A stretch of 64,000 nucleotides of DNA from Saprolegnia diclina VS20. Taxonomy: Eukaryota. Numbering within the stretch: the stretch's first letter is position 1; every line of letters starts with the position of its first letter. The notes beneath the pieces were generated by a model. That model did not search any database and had not been told where the DNA came from. It was given only the letters and a program-made list of their open reading frames with translations. Shown here in pieces: positions 23,940-35,824 of this stretch. Where the stretch lies: NCBI RefSeq assembly GCF_000281045.1, contig NW_008246131.1:142149-206148 (forward strand), read 5' to 3'. The position numbers and the translations under genes are program-made.

Positions 23940-24560
23940 CGTCTAGTATGTGTCTGTCTACTGCTCTCCCGTGTTCGGCCCTCGCCGATTTGTCAAGATG
24001 CGACCAGAACCATCTGGTAGGCTGCCACGTAGCCGCGTTTACACTGGAAAACGTCCAGGATAGCCGCACCACAAGAACATGTGCAAACAGAATATGCATA
24101 CACTGGAAGCCAACCGTCTCTCCTGCACGTCAACCGTCAAGCCGGCCTCGACGCCATCACTAGAGAGGCCGCGCGAGCCAGCGCAGCGGGAGATCGATGT
24201 GTGTGCACTGGAGCTGTAGCGACTGGATGCGCTGCGGCCGCCGAGCGCAGTGAGTTGAGACACCCGGGTGATCGACCAACATCGCGGGCCAAGAGTGAGT
24301 GCTGGTCGGGTAATCACGTCGACGCACTGCCGCCAGCGCCGAATCTGCCGCATCGCTGCATTGCAGCCGCCCGCGATCGCGCTCTCGAGACGGCGCCAGC
24401 TAGTTGCCCTCGCGGCCTGCTTGGTTGGCCATGGCCATGCAGTAGCAGGCAACTGGCAGGAAGGACTTTGTCAGCCATTATCTGGTCACCAGATCAGATT
24501 TGTACCAGCACAATGGATGTCCATTTCGAACCAGGCGGTAATTTTACCACGGGCAGCACC

Positions 24561-25861
24561 ATGGCAAGCAAGGCAGCGACGACGACGACAACGAGCAACG
24601 GTAGCCCGCGGGACTCGACCGACTCGGAGAGCCCTAACGAGGACGCAGCCAAGGCCACGGACGCCAAGCGGCTCCTCAAGCGCAACCAGCAGCGCGACTT
24701 TCGGCGCAAGGTGAATCAGCAGCTCGAGTTCCTCCGCGGGCGCGTGGCCGAGCTCGAGGCCGAGCTCCAGACGCGCAAGAAGGGCCGATCCATGCTTTTG
24801 CCGTGGAGCCACGTCGAGCTGGCGCTGCGGCACGATCTCGCCGAGTGCCAAGCCGCCAACAAGGACTTGAACGCGACCGTCCGCGCCCGCGTCGCACTCA
24901 CGCATGCCATGACCAAGTGGCTGCAATCCATCTACCAGCCCATCGAGGTAGGTCATGCCCTTCCGCGTGCTGCTGTCGTATTTCATCCGCTCGCGTCCTT
25001 CTAGCGCGGGCCGAACGAGTACCCGACATGGTTCCGCGCCGGACTCTGCGATAACGACGAGGCGCGGCGCGCCATGTGCGACTGGATCACGCAGCACATG
25101 TACTACCACACCGACTCGGTACTGCAGCGCATGGGCTTCCATCCGAGCGACCAGTCGCCGATGCAAGAGTTCGTCTTTGACACGTCCAAGGGCTACATCG
25201 AGTACATCTACCGGGATCGGTGCATTCATTACGCGAGCCTCGACCGCGTCCTCGAGGCGTACCGGCGCCTCTGCCACACGAGCACGATGCCGTTTGTGGC
25301 CGCCAACCGGCAGCGCCTCGACGCCTCGGTAAGCCACCGACCGCTCCAAGTCTTGTCGTCAAGCCTGCCGCGTAGATCCTGGGCGACGAGTTTATCTACA
25401 GTCGCCACCACGCCGTCAACGACAACCTTGTGCACCGCGAGTTTGTCTCGGAAAACCGCGTAGTCTTTGTGCAGCACAGTATCCACGACGACCCGAAGCA
25501 CCCGCTGACGCCGCTGCACCGCCACAAGGCCAACTGGTACGCCGCTCATAGCTCGTGTTATCAAAGCGTCGCTAGGATCGTGCTGGATGTGATTGGCGAT
25601 AATGTGGTCATGGAGACCAAAGTGTTTCAGAAATCGCAGACGTGGACGAAGGAGAAGGGGTACCTCTCGCTCCTCGAAGAGGCCAATTTGAGCGTGTGCG
25701 AGTACCACGCCGAGCAGATGCGCCAACAGTCGCGGCCCGTCGACGTCATTTTGAAGGAGCACCTTGGCGAAGCGTTCTCGACGCTCATGGAGACGGTCAA
25801 CGAAGAGCTCCAGACGTCCATGCTGCTGCTCGACCTCGGCGATCGCGCCACGGCCCATTAG
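24561..25861 (+). CDS. bZIP-like protein, paralog 3
   Basis: KRLLKRNQQRDFRRKVNQQLEFLRGRVAELEAEL, LPWSHVELAL, CDWITQHMY, VQHSIHDD. Start could also be 24513. Confidence 0.8.
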
Positions 25862-26214
25862 CCCGATCCACGGCTTGTTGATTGACCTGTCCCAATCGTT
25901 ATACAGTCAACCAAGTGATAGACAATATGTCCATTTATACCAGAGTCCAATCTACTCGGCAGACAGGACTAGGACGCACCAAAGCGCCAGAAGTGACGTG
26001 TACATACCCGTGATCACGCAGCGGCTGGCGCACCACACTCTCACCATGCCACGTGATCCAGCACTGGCGTGGTCATTTGATGGCGCCCGCCGAAGTCGGC
26101 GCACGCTGTCGATATGAGCGGCGCCAAGGACAGGACTCGCCCTGGTTCTTCTGCGCCTGCGCCTGTCCGATACAAACCCTAGTGTACGGTAAGCTTGAAT
26201 TCAGCGCCGGCAAG

Positions 26215-27321
26215 ATGATGGACGAGGCCGACGCCGCCGCGCTCAAGCGCCGCGTGAACCGCGACAAGAAGCGCGCGTTCCGCCACAAGGTCCAGCAGCA
26301 GCTCGACTTTCTTCGGCGCCGCGTCAGTGACCTCGAAGCCGACCTAAGTGCGCGCCTCGCACCGACGGCGCTGCCATGGGCCGAGGTCGCGCGCGCCCTG
26401 CGTGACGACGTCACCGAGGGCGAAGCTGCCCAGCGCGTCCTGATGCAGCAACTCGCACGTCAGCAGCACCTCGCTCTCCTCATGGCCCGCTGGGTCGACG
26501 CGTCCGTGCCGGTACGACCACCTGCTCTTTCTTTGGTAGCAACGAGTATCGATCGTTCTTGTAGCCATCGCTCTCGGCGCCGCCGTCGTTCACGCCCATC
26601 TCGCTCTACAAGGACCCCGAGGCGCGGCAGCTGGGCCTCGACTGGGTCACCAAGCAGCTGTACGTGCACCGATATGCCGTCATCGACGGCTTGCGCCTCC
26701 CCATCGAGAACGTCATGAGCTTTGACGTCAATCTGCGCGGCGACGACGTGGTGTTTCGCCTAGTTCAGCGCCGGATCTTGCCCAACACAACCGTGGCGAT
26801 CGTCGCTAATGCGTACCATCGTCTCTACGAGCGCAACTCGTTTCAGTTTGGTCTTTCGGGCCGGCACGTCCTCGACAACGCGGTACCCCCTCTGCGCCCA
26901 TGCAGCGTTCAATGGGTCTGCTAGCTACCTGGCACCATCTACAGCCGCGACGCCCATGAAAACATCGTGTACCGGTCGTTCTCGACGGCCGCCGAGTTTG
27001 TGCACGTGAGCCAGACCATCCACGACGACCACGTGTACCCGACCTGCGCCAAGACGTCGACGTCGCGCACCAAGACGGCGTGGTATCTTACACTGCCATG
27101 CTACCACTTGCACTGCAGTCGTCGCATGTACTAGGATCCTCGTCCAAGCCCTCGACGACGGCCGTGTGCTGGAAACCAAGCTCTTTCTCAATGCGCGGCC
27201 ACGCATGGACGATGATCTCAAGACTCGTTGCTGGGATGAGATACACGCTCGCGCCAATCTCTACTTGTCCCACTTCAACCGCGACCTGGCCGTGGCCATG
27301 ATTAGCAAAAAAAGAGAATGA
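26215..27321 (+). CDS. bZIP-like protein, paralog 4 (more divergent)
   Basis: KRRVNRDKKRAFRHKVQQQLDFLRRRVSDLEADL, LPWAEVARAL, DWVTKQLY, VSQTIHDD. Last exon ILVQALDDGRVLETK..MISKKRE*. Confidence 0.75.
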
Positions 27322-28724
27322 CCACGGTCGTGTCGTCGTGGTGTCGGCGCCGGTCGCGCCCCGGCGGCAGTGCCGCAAGCGCATCGATCGTCTGCCTGGA
27401 TAGGACGTAAGGTGATGTCGCGTGAGAAGGGCAGACCTGTACTCGGCGGCCGCGCGCGAGATGACATGGTGCACCAGTCCTTGGCTCGCTAGTGCGTGCT
27501 CTCCGATGGAAACATAGTGCTGCACGAGGTCGACCGCCTAGACAATATACGCATTGGGCTATCGCATTTGGTAGATATTCGCGTACTTGTTGGTTGGTCA
27601 CAAAGTCCCACACACCGTCGCTGCCTGCGATTTTGGTATGGCATCGGTTTCTCAGAAAGAGGGACTACCGAGGACGAGAAACTTGTCGGCGGCCGTCAGA
27701 TTATGCACGTGCACTTCCGGGACGCTGGAAATGTATGGCGGCGTGTACGGCGGCGCCATGTAGCGCCCGCCGCCGCGACGTTCGGGGTACGGCGACCCGT
27801 TGAACGTTGCATCTTTAAACACAAAGTCCCCAAACGCCCTACAACAGTTGAGATGTTGCTGCAACGCAGGCAGCGCACCTCGTGGGCTGGAGGCCGCCCT
27901 TGACGTAGCACGCGTCTTGGCTGCGGCACACGACAATGTCGTCTTCGCCGGGGTGCGCCTCGAGTAGCTTTTCTTGCTCGCGCGCGTACTTGGCGTTGTG
28001 GTCGCGGCTAAGTGGCGTGGCGCGCACCGTGCCTTTGGTACCGACACGCCCGAGCACCGCCCGCACGTCGCCAGCTACAGACCGGCGATGGCACGAGTGG
28101 TCGTTGCCCATGCGAGGGCGTACCGTTGGCAATGTAGAGAACGTCGTCGTGGGTGTAGGCGAGGAGTCCGCACGCTCCGACGCGGTTCACGACGCCAAAG
28201 CCGAGCTCCAACGACGGCCGCAAGTGGGCCTTGAGCTGCGTGTCCGTGTCGTAAAAGGCCTGGGCCAGTGCTTGCGCCGGCGCCGCGCTCTGCAGCGCGC
28301 GACGTGTGTTGTTGACCAAGTGCGTTTGCACAAACTCGGCCACCTGCCAGCCACCTACGCGCTCGATTAGGATTGCTTCGGGAGGTAAATTCATCAAGAG
28401 ACCGTGGCCGTCCATGACAGCCGCGAGGACGCCATCGGTTGCAACCACATGGACGTTCCATCGATCCTATTGCAGCCATGAGCACCATTCGTGCCTAGTC
28501 ATCAAGAGGTGCACCTCGTTCGGAAAGTTGGCACGGTACGAGGCGGCGTAGTGCCCGACGACGCGGCCTACAGGGTGCGGGAGCTGCTGGCCCTCGATCG
28601 AGTCGTACTCGAGCGCAGCGGACGCCGGCGCCTCGCACGTGCCCGACGACGCACAGTCGGTCGTCGCAGCGACGGCGATCGCGAGACCCGAGGAGCACCA
28701 GCGCAGGACCGAGGAGATGCGCAT
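27302..28724 (-). CDS. Protein phosphatase 2C (PDP/clade-D-like), paralog A
   Basis: YRANFPNE, DGHG, GWQVAEF, AGDVRAVLG, LSRDHNA, VKGGLQPTRAFGD, DKFLVLGSDGVWD, HDDTTVVILFF across many short introns. Confidence 0.9.
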
Positions 28725-28954
28725 GGGAAGGCGAATGTTGGTATCTCGGTCGCCGAGCCCAAGGATGTGTGGGCAAAATTATCAGACGCGCGGTCATATG
28801 TTTCACAAGATCGTCTCATATTGCTAAAAATTTCACCATAATTGAGTCATTTTAGATAAAATACATGGCAATATTGACGAAATGGACATATTACCATGCT
28901 CGGCTGGTTTTACCCAGCAGTTTGTCCCAAGACCGCAGTCAAGATTGCGTGGGG

Positions 28955-28970
28955 TCATTTTCGATTTTGC
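28955..28970 (+). promoter_or_regulatory. Oomycete Inr+FPR core promoter
   Basis: TCATTTTCGATTTTGC 10 nt upstream of ATG 28980. Confidence 0.55.
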
Positions 28971-28979
28971 CCCTTCCTC

Positions 28980-30558
28980 ATGCTCAAGATCTGCGGACGC
29001 TACTCGGCCAAGGTCGCCCAGCGCGCTGTTGCCCGCGCATCGCCGGCGCGCGCTTTTGTTGCCTCGATGGGCCAAGACCGCAAGTGGCGTATGGATGCCA
29101 CCATGGCGCTCGGCGCTGCTGTCGGCCTCGCGCTGACGGCAACGGCCTTGTGCGATGCACCCGTCGTCGCCGAGAGCCCGAACTGCGACGCCATTGCCGA
29201 CGTCGAAGAGGCGCCTGTATCGCTCAACTTGGAGCGCCAAGTGGACGTCCAGCTCGCGCGGGCGGTGGCCCACGTCCGCAGCTACTCGTGTGCTTCGTAC
29301 CGTGCCAACTATCCGATCGAGGTCGCCTTGCAGCTCATGGTCCACGCTGACCGAAGCATCGTTGGTATAGGATCGCTTTGTCGTACAAGCCAACAAGAAG
29401 GAGGTGTTTGCTGCGGTTATTGACGGTCATGGTGCGTTACGATAAGAATGCACGGTCGTCGTCACCTCATTGCATCGTCGTCTAGGTGGGTGGCAAGTCG
29501 CCGAGTATACGCACGGCCACTTGATCGAAAACGTCAAGGCCGAAGTCGACGAGTTGCGTGACGTGACGGCCGCCAAGGTTTTATCGACCACTGCAACAAG
29601 ACAGAACTCACCTTGAACGTAGGTCGAGGCGGCTATCAAGCATGGCTACCTGCGCACGGAGCGCCAGCTGCATTCGCTGCTGCTTCCCGCATTCCAGCTC
29701 GGCTTTGGCCAGGTGAACCGCGTCGGCGCTTGCACCATGCTGGCATACCTCCAAGACGATCTCCTCGTCCTCGCCAACGGTACCGCTCTCACCTTGCCGA
29801 CGAGGAACCTAAGGGTCGTGTACAGCGGGCGACATTCGCGCCGTTTTGGCGACGTCCGATGACGACGGCGCGTTGCGCGCCGTGGCGCTCAGCAACGACC
29901 ACAACGCCAAGCTTGCGGTTGAGAAGGAGCGTTTGGCGCGTGAGCACCCGAATGAAGACAACATCGTCGTGTGCAAGCACCCCGAGTCGTGCTACGTCAA
30001 GGGCGGCTTGCAGCCCACACGGTACAATGTGTCCAGCTACATCGACGTCGACGCTGACTTGGCGACTGCAGAGCTTTGGGCGACTTTGCGTTCAAGTACC
30101 CGGAGTTCAACGCGTCTCCGATCGCGACCGAGCGCGCTGGCGGCCGCCACATTGCGGCGCCGTACACGCCGCCGTACGTGATGGCGATCCCCGAGACCAA
30201 GGCGCACGTGCTGAGCGCTTCGGACAAGTTTCTCATCCTCGGCAGCGACGGCGTCTGGGACTTTCTCGAAAACGAAGAGGTGCATGATGCTGACGGCGCA
30301 GGCGAGCTCATGCTGACGTAGGCCGTTGCGATCGTCCAGGCGCACATTGCGGCGGGCAAGAAGACGGAAGCGGGTCGCGTCTTGGTCGAACGCGTCATTG
30401 CCCGCGCCGCCGAGGTCAAGGGGTAGGGCTCGGATAGCATGGCGGCATATGCATTGCTGTGTAGGCAGACGCTCAAGGAGTTTGCGGCGCTGCCACCCGG
30501 CAAGGCGCGCCGACGTGTCCACGATGACACGACCGTCGTCATCCTCTTCTTCGACTAG
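28980..30558 (+). CDS. Protein phosphatase 2C (PDP/clade-D-like), paralog B, possible mitochondrial presequence
   Basis: Arg/Ala-rich N-terminus MLKICGRYSAKVAQRAVARAS. YRANYPIE, IDGHG, GDIRAVL, LSNDHNA, VKGGLQPTR, ILGSDGVWD, HDDTTVVILFFD*. Confidence 0.9.
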
Positions 30559-30721
30559 AGTCTGGCGTCGTTGTATTGTCAAAAACGAACATTTTGAGAT
30601 TGGGTAGCTTGGTTGGGTGCTGCGTCAGGTGTTCAAGGAGGACACAAGCGTATGGGCTGAAGAGGACTCAACTCAAAAGAGGTCATCCCAGTGACATGGC
30701 AGAAAATGATACCAAACACCC

Positions 30722-30750
30722 TCGCCAAGTGCAACGCCAAGTGCAACGCC
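30722..30750. repeat. 12-bp tandem repeat CGCCAAGTGCAA x2.4
   Basis: cgccaagtgcaa cgccaagtgcaa cgcca in the intergenic region. Confidence 0.6.
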
Positions 30751-30946
30751 ACGTGCTATGTGCACACTTCGCGCGCGCAAAATCGATCGACGGTTTCGCG
30801 CGATTAAAAAATGACAATATATACTTACTATTTGTATGCAAAGGGCCTTGAAACCGTTTAACGGGCGGAATAAAAATGGCTTGTTTTTTGTATACTGATG
30901 ATTTGGGGATCGCCAGTTGCGAATTTGCCGGGACGAAGCGAGAACG

Positions 30947-32574
30947 ATGACCGACGCGGGCAGCAGCATGACCCCCAAGCAGCGCTTCCGGACGATCGGC
31001 GCTTCCCGCGGCCATGAGCTCACGAAGCTCAAGTATGACATCCAGGTAGATGGTCCCGCTGTGAGCATGATGCTACATGTATCCTCCTCGTATGAGGTCG
31101 AGACCTTGGAGAACGAGCTCAAGAAGCAAGGGCGTGCGCTGGACGAGTCGCGGGAAGAAGCCCAGCTGGCGGCGCGTATCGGGAAGCGCCTCCTTGTCTC
31201 CAAGAAGAAGGCCGAGGACGACGAGAAGATGCGTGTCTACGAGGTACGCATGCTGCACCTGCTGGAAACGATGACCAAGCCCGATGGGTAGCTCGAAAAG
31301 CAATGCGAGGACGCTACGATGGAGGCCAAGGCATGGGAGACGCGATACGCGGATAACATGCGAGCGTTTGCGGCCCTCAATGCCAAGCATGTCACGGCAA
31401 CGCGCGAGCTCGGAATGCTGCGAGACCAGCACAGCCAGCTTTTGTACGATGGCCAGCGAGAGCTCTCCTCCCTTTGCATGCATCATTCATGACGTCAGCG
31501 TGGACCATCGAACGCTTCGCGCCGAGTGCAAGATTTTGCAAACCGAGCGCGACTCGCGTGCGATCATCGAGACCGCGCACGGGCTCGGTGTACTTTCCAG
31601 GATGCACTACGACGCACTTCAATATCCATAGATTGGCAAGCTCAAGACGGAAAACGAAGAGCTGCGCAGCAATAATGAAAGACTGCGCGACGACATTGCT
31701 TCCTGCCGTGTTCAAATCAACGAGGTATGTGTTCTTGAGTTGATCTATATTCATTGGCAGTGTAGCATCAAGCTCGCGTCGAGCTCTATGAGCGCCACAT
31801 TGCGACGCTCAACTCATCTTTCAAGAGCTTGGAAACCAAGCACAGCTTGATGCTGCCGCGATACCGGCTTTTATGCGAAGACCATATCAAGCTAACCGAG
31901 TTTCTTCAAGCCAAAGTTCAGCACCTGCGCATCGTATTTCCTTCACGAACGATGCCTAGGTCGCCGAGTGTGAGACGAGTACTGCAAAAGCGAATGATCT
32001 GGCAAGCGAGGTAATGATCGTTTGGCTACACTTGCCAATCGTCCACATGTATAGCTGGCCATACTCACGGACGAGCTTGATCTCGCGAAGAGCCAACTGG
32101 GCGAAGAACGAACAGCCAAGCAGCAATTGCTCTTGCACATCAACGTATGTGATCCCATGCTCTTTGTCTATACTCATGTACTGCGATTCACCACTGTACA
32201 AAATAGCTCGCGAGCTCAGGGAGCCAGCCCACTGAGGCGATGTCATGGAGCGCCATCTTGGCAAGCGAAGTGCAGACACGGGAGCTCCGAGATGAAACGA
32301 ATGATACGGCCGCGCGCTCGAGCTCCGACTACCTGAGTGAGCTCTTCGCATATCTTGAGCAATCCGTCAAGGTAACACTCCGAAGCACACGTGCTACATC
32401 TAACGCCTGTAGACGCACACGTGGCTGCGCAAGCTGCCGCCCAATGTCCTCAAGGTCAACGACGAAGCAGACCGCGCCGTGTTGGACGAGTTCCGAGCAC
32501 TCGTGGCCTTTGAGGCGCGCATCGTGCAGCAGCTCATTGTGCTACTCCAAGGAACCACTGAAGGCCTCGCGTAG
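30947..32574 (+). CDS. Coiled-coil protein with CC1-box-like AAxxG motif, paralog A
   Basis: ESREEAQLAARIGKRLL followed by heptad-rich exons. About 9 short introns. Final exon ends ..LLQGTTEGLA*. Confidence 0.75.
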
Positions 32575-32784
32575 TATTGCCGTGCAGCGAAAACCATCTT
32601 GACATCACTACGTGTACTTGCGCGTCCAGTGTGTTCGCCGCGGATCGGTCGGATCTTATTTGTCAAACAACTCATGCCGACAGCACAGTCCCGTGCTTCT
32701 CGTACAGTCCACCCATCATGGTCACAAATGACACGTATATTCATAACACAGTGTGTAGTGGCCCCGATGCAAACTACATCGAGC

Positions 32785-34980
32785 TTAGCCCGACTCTTGG
32801 ATCGTCATGTCAAAGACGTCGTCGGGGCGGCGGGAGTACTTGCTCACAATGTCATCGGGAAGGCGGTAGATGGCCTTGTTGTTGAAGAAAAGCTGGCGCT
32901 TGACCTGCGCAACGACCGACGGCGGCACGTCCGCGATGAGCTTGGCGATGCAGAAGCGGAACGCGAGCATGACAGCAACAAAGATCATGAACGCCTCGAC
33001 GCGGGTGAGCTCGACCATGTTCGAGTGGCCCGCGTACTTGACCTCGAGAAAGTCGAACGTGTTGGACGTCCACACAACCACGTACGCGTTGGTCAAGATC
33101 GCGAGCGTCGTCATGAACTCCACAATCTCCATCCAGAGACCAATGCTGCTCGCGTTACGCGGGCGCGGGCGGCGGTTCTCGAAGAGGAGACGGTACCCGT
33201 CGACGCGGATCTCGAGGTAGTTGTTGAGGAGACTGAGCACGGGCGTGAGCGGGAAGGCGACGACAAAGAGCGTGCAGAAACCAAACTGCGTGATGATCTC
33301 GGTAAAGTCGTCAAAGGTGCCGCTCCACTCATACGTGGCGAGGAAGAACTCCTTCTCGGCCTCCGACTGGTGCTCGGCGACGGCCTCTTGCTTGAGGATC
33401 GAGCGCTTCGAGAGCCAGACCCAAACGCGCGGGAGAAGGATCTCCTTGACGTTGCCAATGACGAGCTGCGAGCCGTAGACGATAGCGAGCGAGTACGCGA
33501 GCTCGTGGAGGCGCGTGTTGCTCGGGCCTTCAAAGATGTTCTTGAGGAACGCAATGTAGATGAGCGCGGAGAAGTTGTTGATGAACTGGAAGACGAACGT
33601 CTTGAGCACGAGCGAGTTCTCGTACTGCGCGTCCGTCTCGTGGTTCTCGTACTCGTTGAGGCGGTAGAAGCTGCGGTAGTAGATCTTGCCCATGATGATA
33701 ATCTGGATGACGTTGGCACCCGAGCACACGGCAATGCCGACGGGAATCTTCAAGCCCAAGAACTCGGCCTTCCACGCGTTGTCGCCTTCGACGAGGTTGT
33801 GGCGAAGAGTGAAGATACCGGCGACGATCGCAATGACGACCGAGCAGAGCAAGAAGAGAAGCGCCCACGAGACCGCGACACGCTGGTACTTCTTGGTGTA
33901 CGGGAAGTAGCGCGTCTTGGCACCCGTGATGGCGCTCAAGACGGGCTCGCCCGTGAACTGCGGGCGGGTGCTCTCTTCGCCTTCAATCTCGGTCATGCCC
34001 CACTTCATCGCGTATACTTGCTGCTGGCGCTTCCACGACTCCATAAAGAGCGTCGACCAGATGCACATGAAGACGGCGAAAATCGGGATGACGTACGTCA
34101 TGACCGACGGGACTTCGGACTTGATCTCCGTGCCGTCGGGGTTCTTGATCGTGCGCTCCTCCGTTTCGGTGAACCACTTGATGAGGAAGACGATCGACGC
34201 GACAATGCTCGCGTAGATGAGCCACGTCGTGTAGTGGCCGAGGTACCCAAAGTAGAAGGCGATGCGCTCGCCAAAGTAGTCACGGATCTCTTCGATGGGC
34301 TGCGTCCACGGCGCCGCGACCTTGGGGATCCACGACTTGGCGAGGTGCTTAATCTCGTCTTCGTTGTGGAGCGGGTAGCACGCGAGGATCGAGCCGTCCA
34401 TGCAGAGCGCATCGAGATCCAAGTTGCAGCACTCGTGCGACACGATGATGCTTTCGATGAGCTTCATGCGCTCGACGGGCGCAAACACCGAGCCGTCCAA
34501 GTTACGCTTCGCAAACAGATCCTGGTGCTCCTCGTCGTCTTCATACGCGGCGTGGATGTGCTCGTACGGGTGGAAGTCGTAGAGGCGCTTGACGTCGCTA
34601 ATCGCGAACGGCGCAATGCCGAGCTCCGGAAAGCCGCGCTCGGCCGTCGCCTGGAGCACCTTGGGGTCGAGCAGCACAGGCATGTCGATGCGGTCGGCCT
34701 CCATCTGTAGGCGCTTGTAGTGGCAGCGGATCTGGCAGAGCACCATGTCGCGCGTCGACGAGTAGAAGAGCTTGAAGATGAGCCCATGCTCGTGGAGCTT
34801 CTCGAGGATCTCCTGCATCGAGACCGGCGCCGGCGACTTGCGCGTCTCCGGGTTGGGGAACGCGATGGCGTAGTCCCAGTGCTGGCCCGGGTCGTTCACG
34901 TCGAGGTAGACGGAGCCGTAGTTGGTCGAGGTCGCCATGAGCTTCTCGTTGCGCTTCTTGGCAGCGGCCTTGTTCGACAT
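32785..34980 (-). CDS. Anoctamin/TMEM16 family protein, single domain, Ca2+ site intact
   Basis: WDYAIAFPNP, QPIEEIRDYFGERIAFYF, YENHETDAQYENSL, GNVKE, FDDFTEIITQFGF, NNYLEIRVDG, RRPRP. Intronless. Start set by Inr/FPR at 34984-35000. Confidence 0.95.
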   Translation of the reverse strand: MSNKAAAKKRNEKLMATSTNYGSVYLDVNDPGQHWDYAIAFPNPETRKSPAPVSMQEILEKLHEHGLIFKLFYSSTRDMVLCQIRCHYKRLQMEADRIDMPVLLDPKVLQATAERGFPELGIAPFAISDVKRLYDFHPYEHIHAAYEDDEEHQDLFAKRNLDGSVFAPVERMKLIESIIVSHECCNLDLDALCMDGSILACYPLHNEDEIKHLAKSWIPKVAAPWTQPIEEIRDYFGERIAFYFGYLGHYTTWLIYASIVASIVFLIKWFTETEERTIKNPDGTEIKSEVPSVMTYVIPIFAVFMCIWSTLFMESWKRQQQVYAMKWGMTEIEGEESTRPQFTGEPVLSAITGAKTRYFPYTKKYQRVAVSWALLFLLCSVVIAIVAGIFTLRHNLVEGDNAWKAEFLGLKIPVGIAVCSGANVIQIIIMGKIYYRSFYRLNEYENHETDAQYENSLVLKTFVFQFINNFSALIYIAFLKNIFEGPSNTRLHELAYSLAIVYGSQLVIGNVKEILLPRVWVWLSKRSILKQEAVAEHQSEAEKEFFLATYEWSGTFDDFTEIITQFGFCTLFVVAFPLTPVLSLLNNYLEIRVDGYRLLFENRRPRPRNASSIGLWMEIVEFMTTLAILTNAYVVVWTSNTFDFLEVKYAGHSNMVELTRVEAFMIFVAVMLAFRFCIAKLIADVPPSVVAQVKRQLFFNNKAIYRLPDDIVSKYSRRPDDVFDMTIQESG

Positions 34981-34983
34981 GGT

Positions 34984-35000
34984 GCAAATCTCAAAGTGAA
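34984..35000 (-). promoter_or_regulatory. Oomycete Inr+FPR core promoter
   Basis: Minus strand TTCACTTTGAGATTTGC immediately upstream of ATG 34980. Confidence 0.55.
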
Positions 35001-35824
35001 TTTCCTTCGTATCGCCGGTCGCGAAGCAGCGTTCGGTACGCCACGTACATTGTACTACGTACATTCATATAAAAAGCGTACAAGACATCAAATGAACGTA
35101 CGATGCATATCAACTTTTGGCCCCAGGTTCCGTATCCGGAGGATTCCACTTTGCCTTTGGTTTGTATTGATGGGGATCGCTCGTATCCGGACGATCAGGC
35201 GCGACAACCCGGCGGCAGCGTTGGATGGCCGCCTGCAAGTGCGCGCTTGCGACACGCGCACGGCAATTCCAGTGCTTCGATTGGATGATAGGATGTGACG
35301 CAGCAATCAAGTGCGCGCACCTGGGCCGCAGACAGGCCGACGTCAATGACATCCACGAGTGGATGGCCAAGATGAACGCTCGCAATCGAACACACGAGCC
35401 GGTTAGGTACCCAACTGGTCGGCACAACCACGAGCAGCAGCGCGCGTCGTCAAGCGCCATGGTAAGGTTGTAGCAGTTGAGTTGTCGTCGGCTTGTTGCA
35501 GGCTTGCCGGTTGCAGGATGCATATAAATGCACGCGGAAGCTTCACGGCCAACTCGGCAATGTGCGCTGTACTACGACGAGTTACCGCGCAGACGCACCC
35601 AATCGAGTGCACGTGCGTCGTGGGCACGTACACCAACAACCGGCGTTCGAGCTGACCAAAGCACCGTCAGTCTTGGTGCACCGAGCCCTGAGAACGAAGT
35701 GGGCTGGTCCAGTCTCGAATTCTTGAAGTCGGTTGCGCTGAAATTTGTCGCGAATCTGGAAAACCAAGAACCCCGTCGCTTTGAAGTAAGCTATCGACAG
35801 TTTGCATTTGCTTGTGCGAATGAT

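Noticed and set aside
32599..34710. 703-aa plus-strand ORF
   Set aside because: Antisense shadow of the anoctamin gene, expected from GC3-rich codon usage; no motifs.
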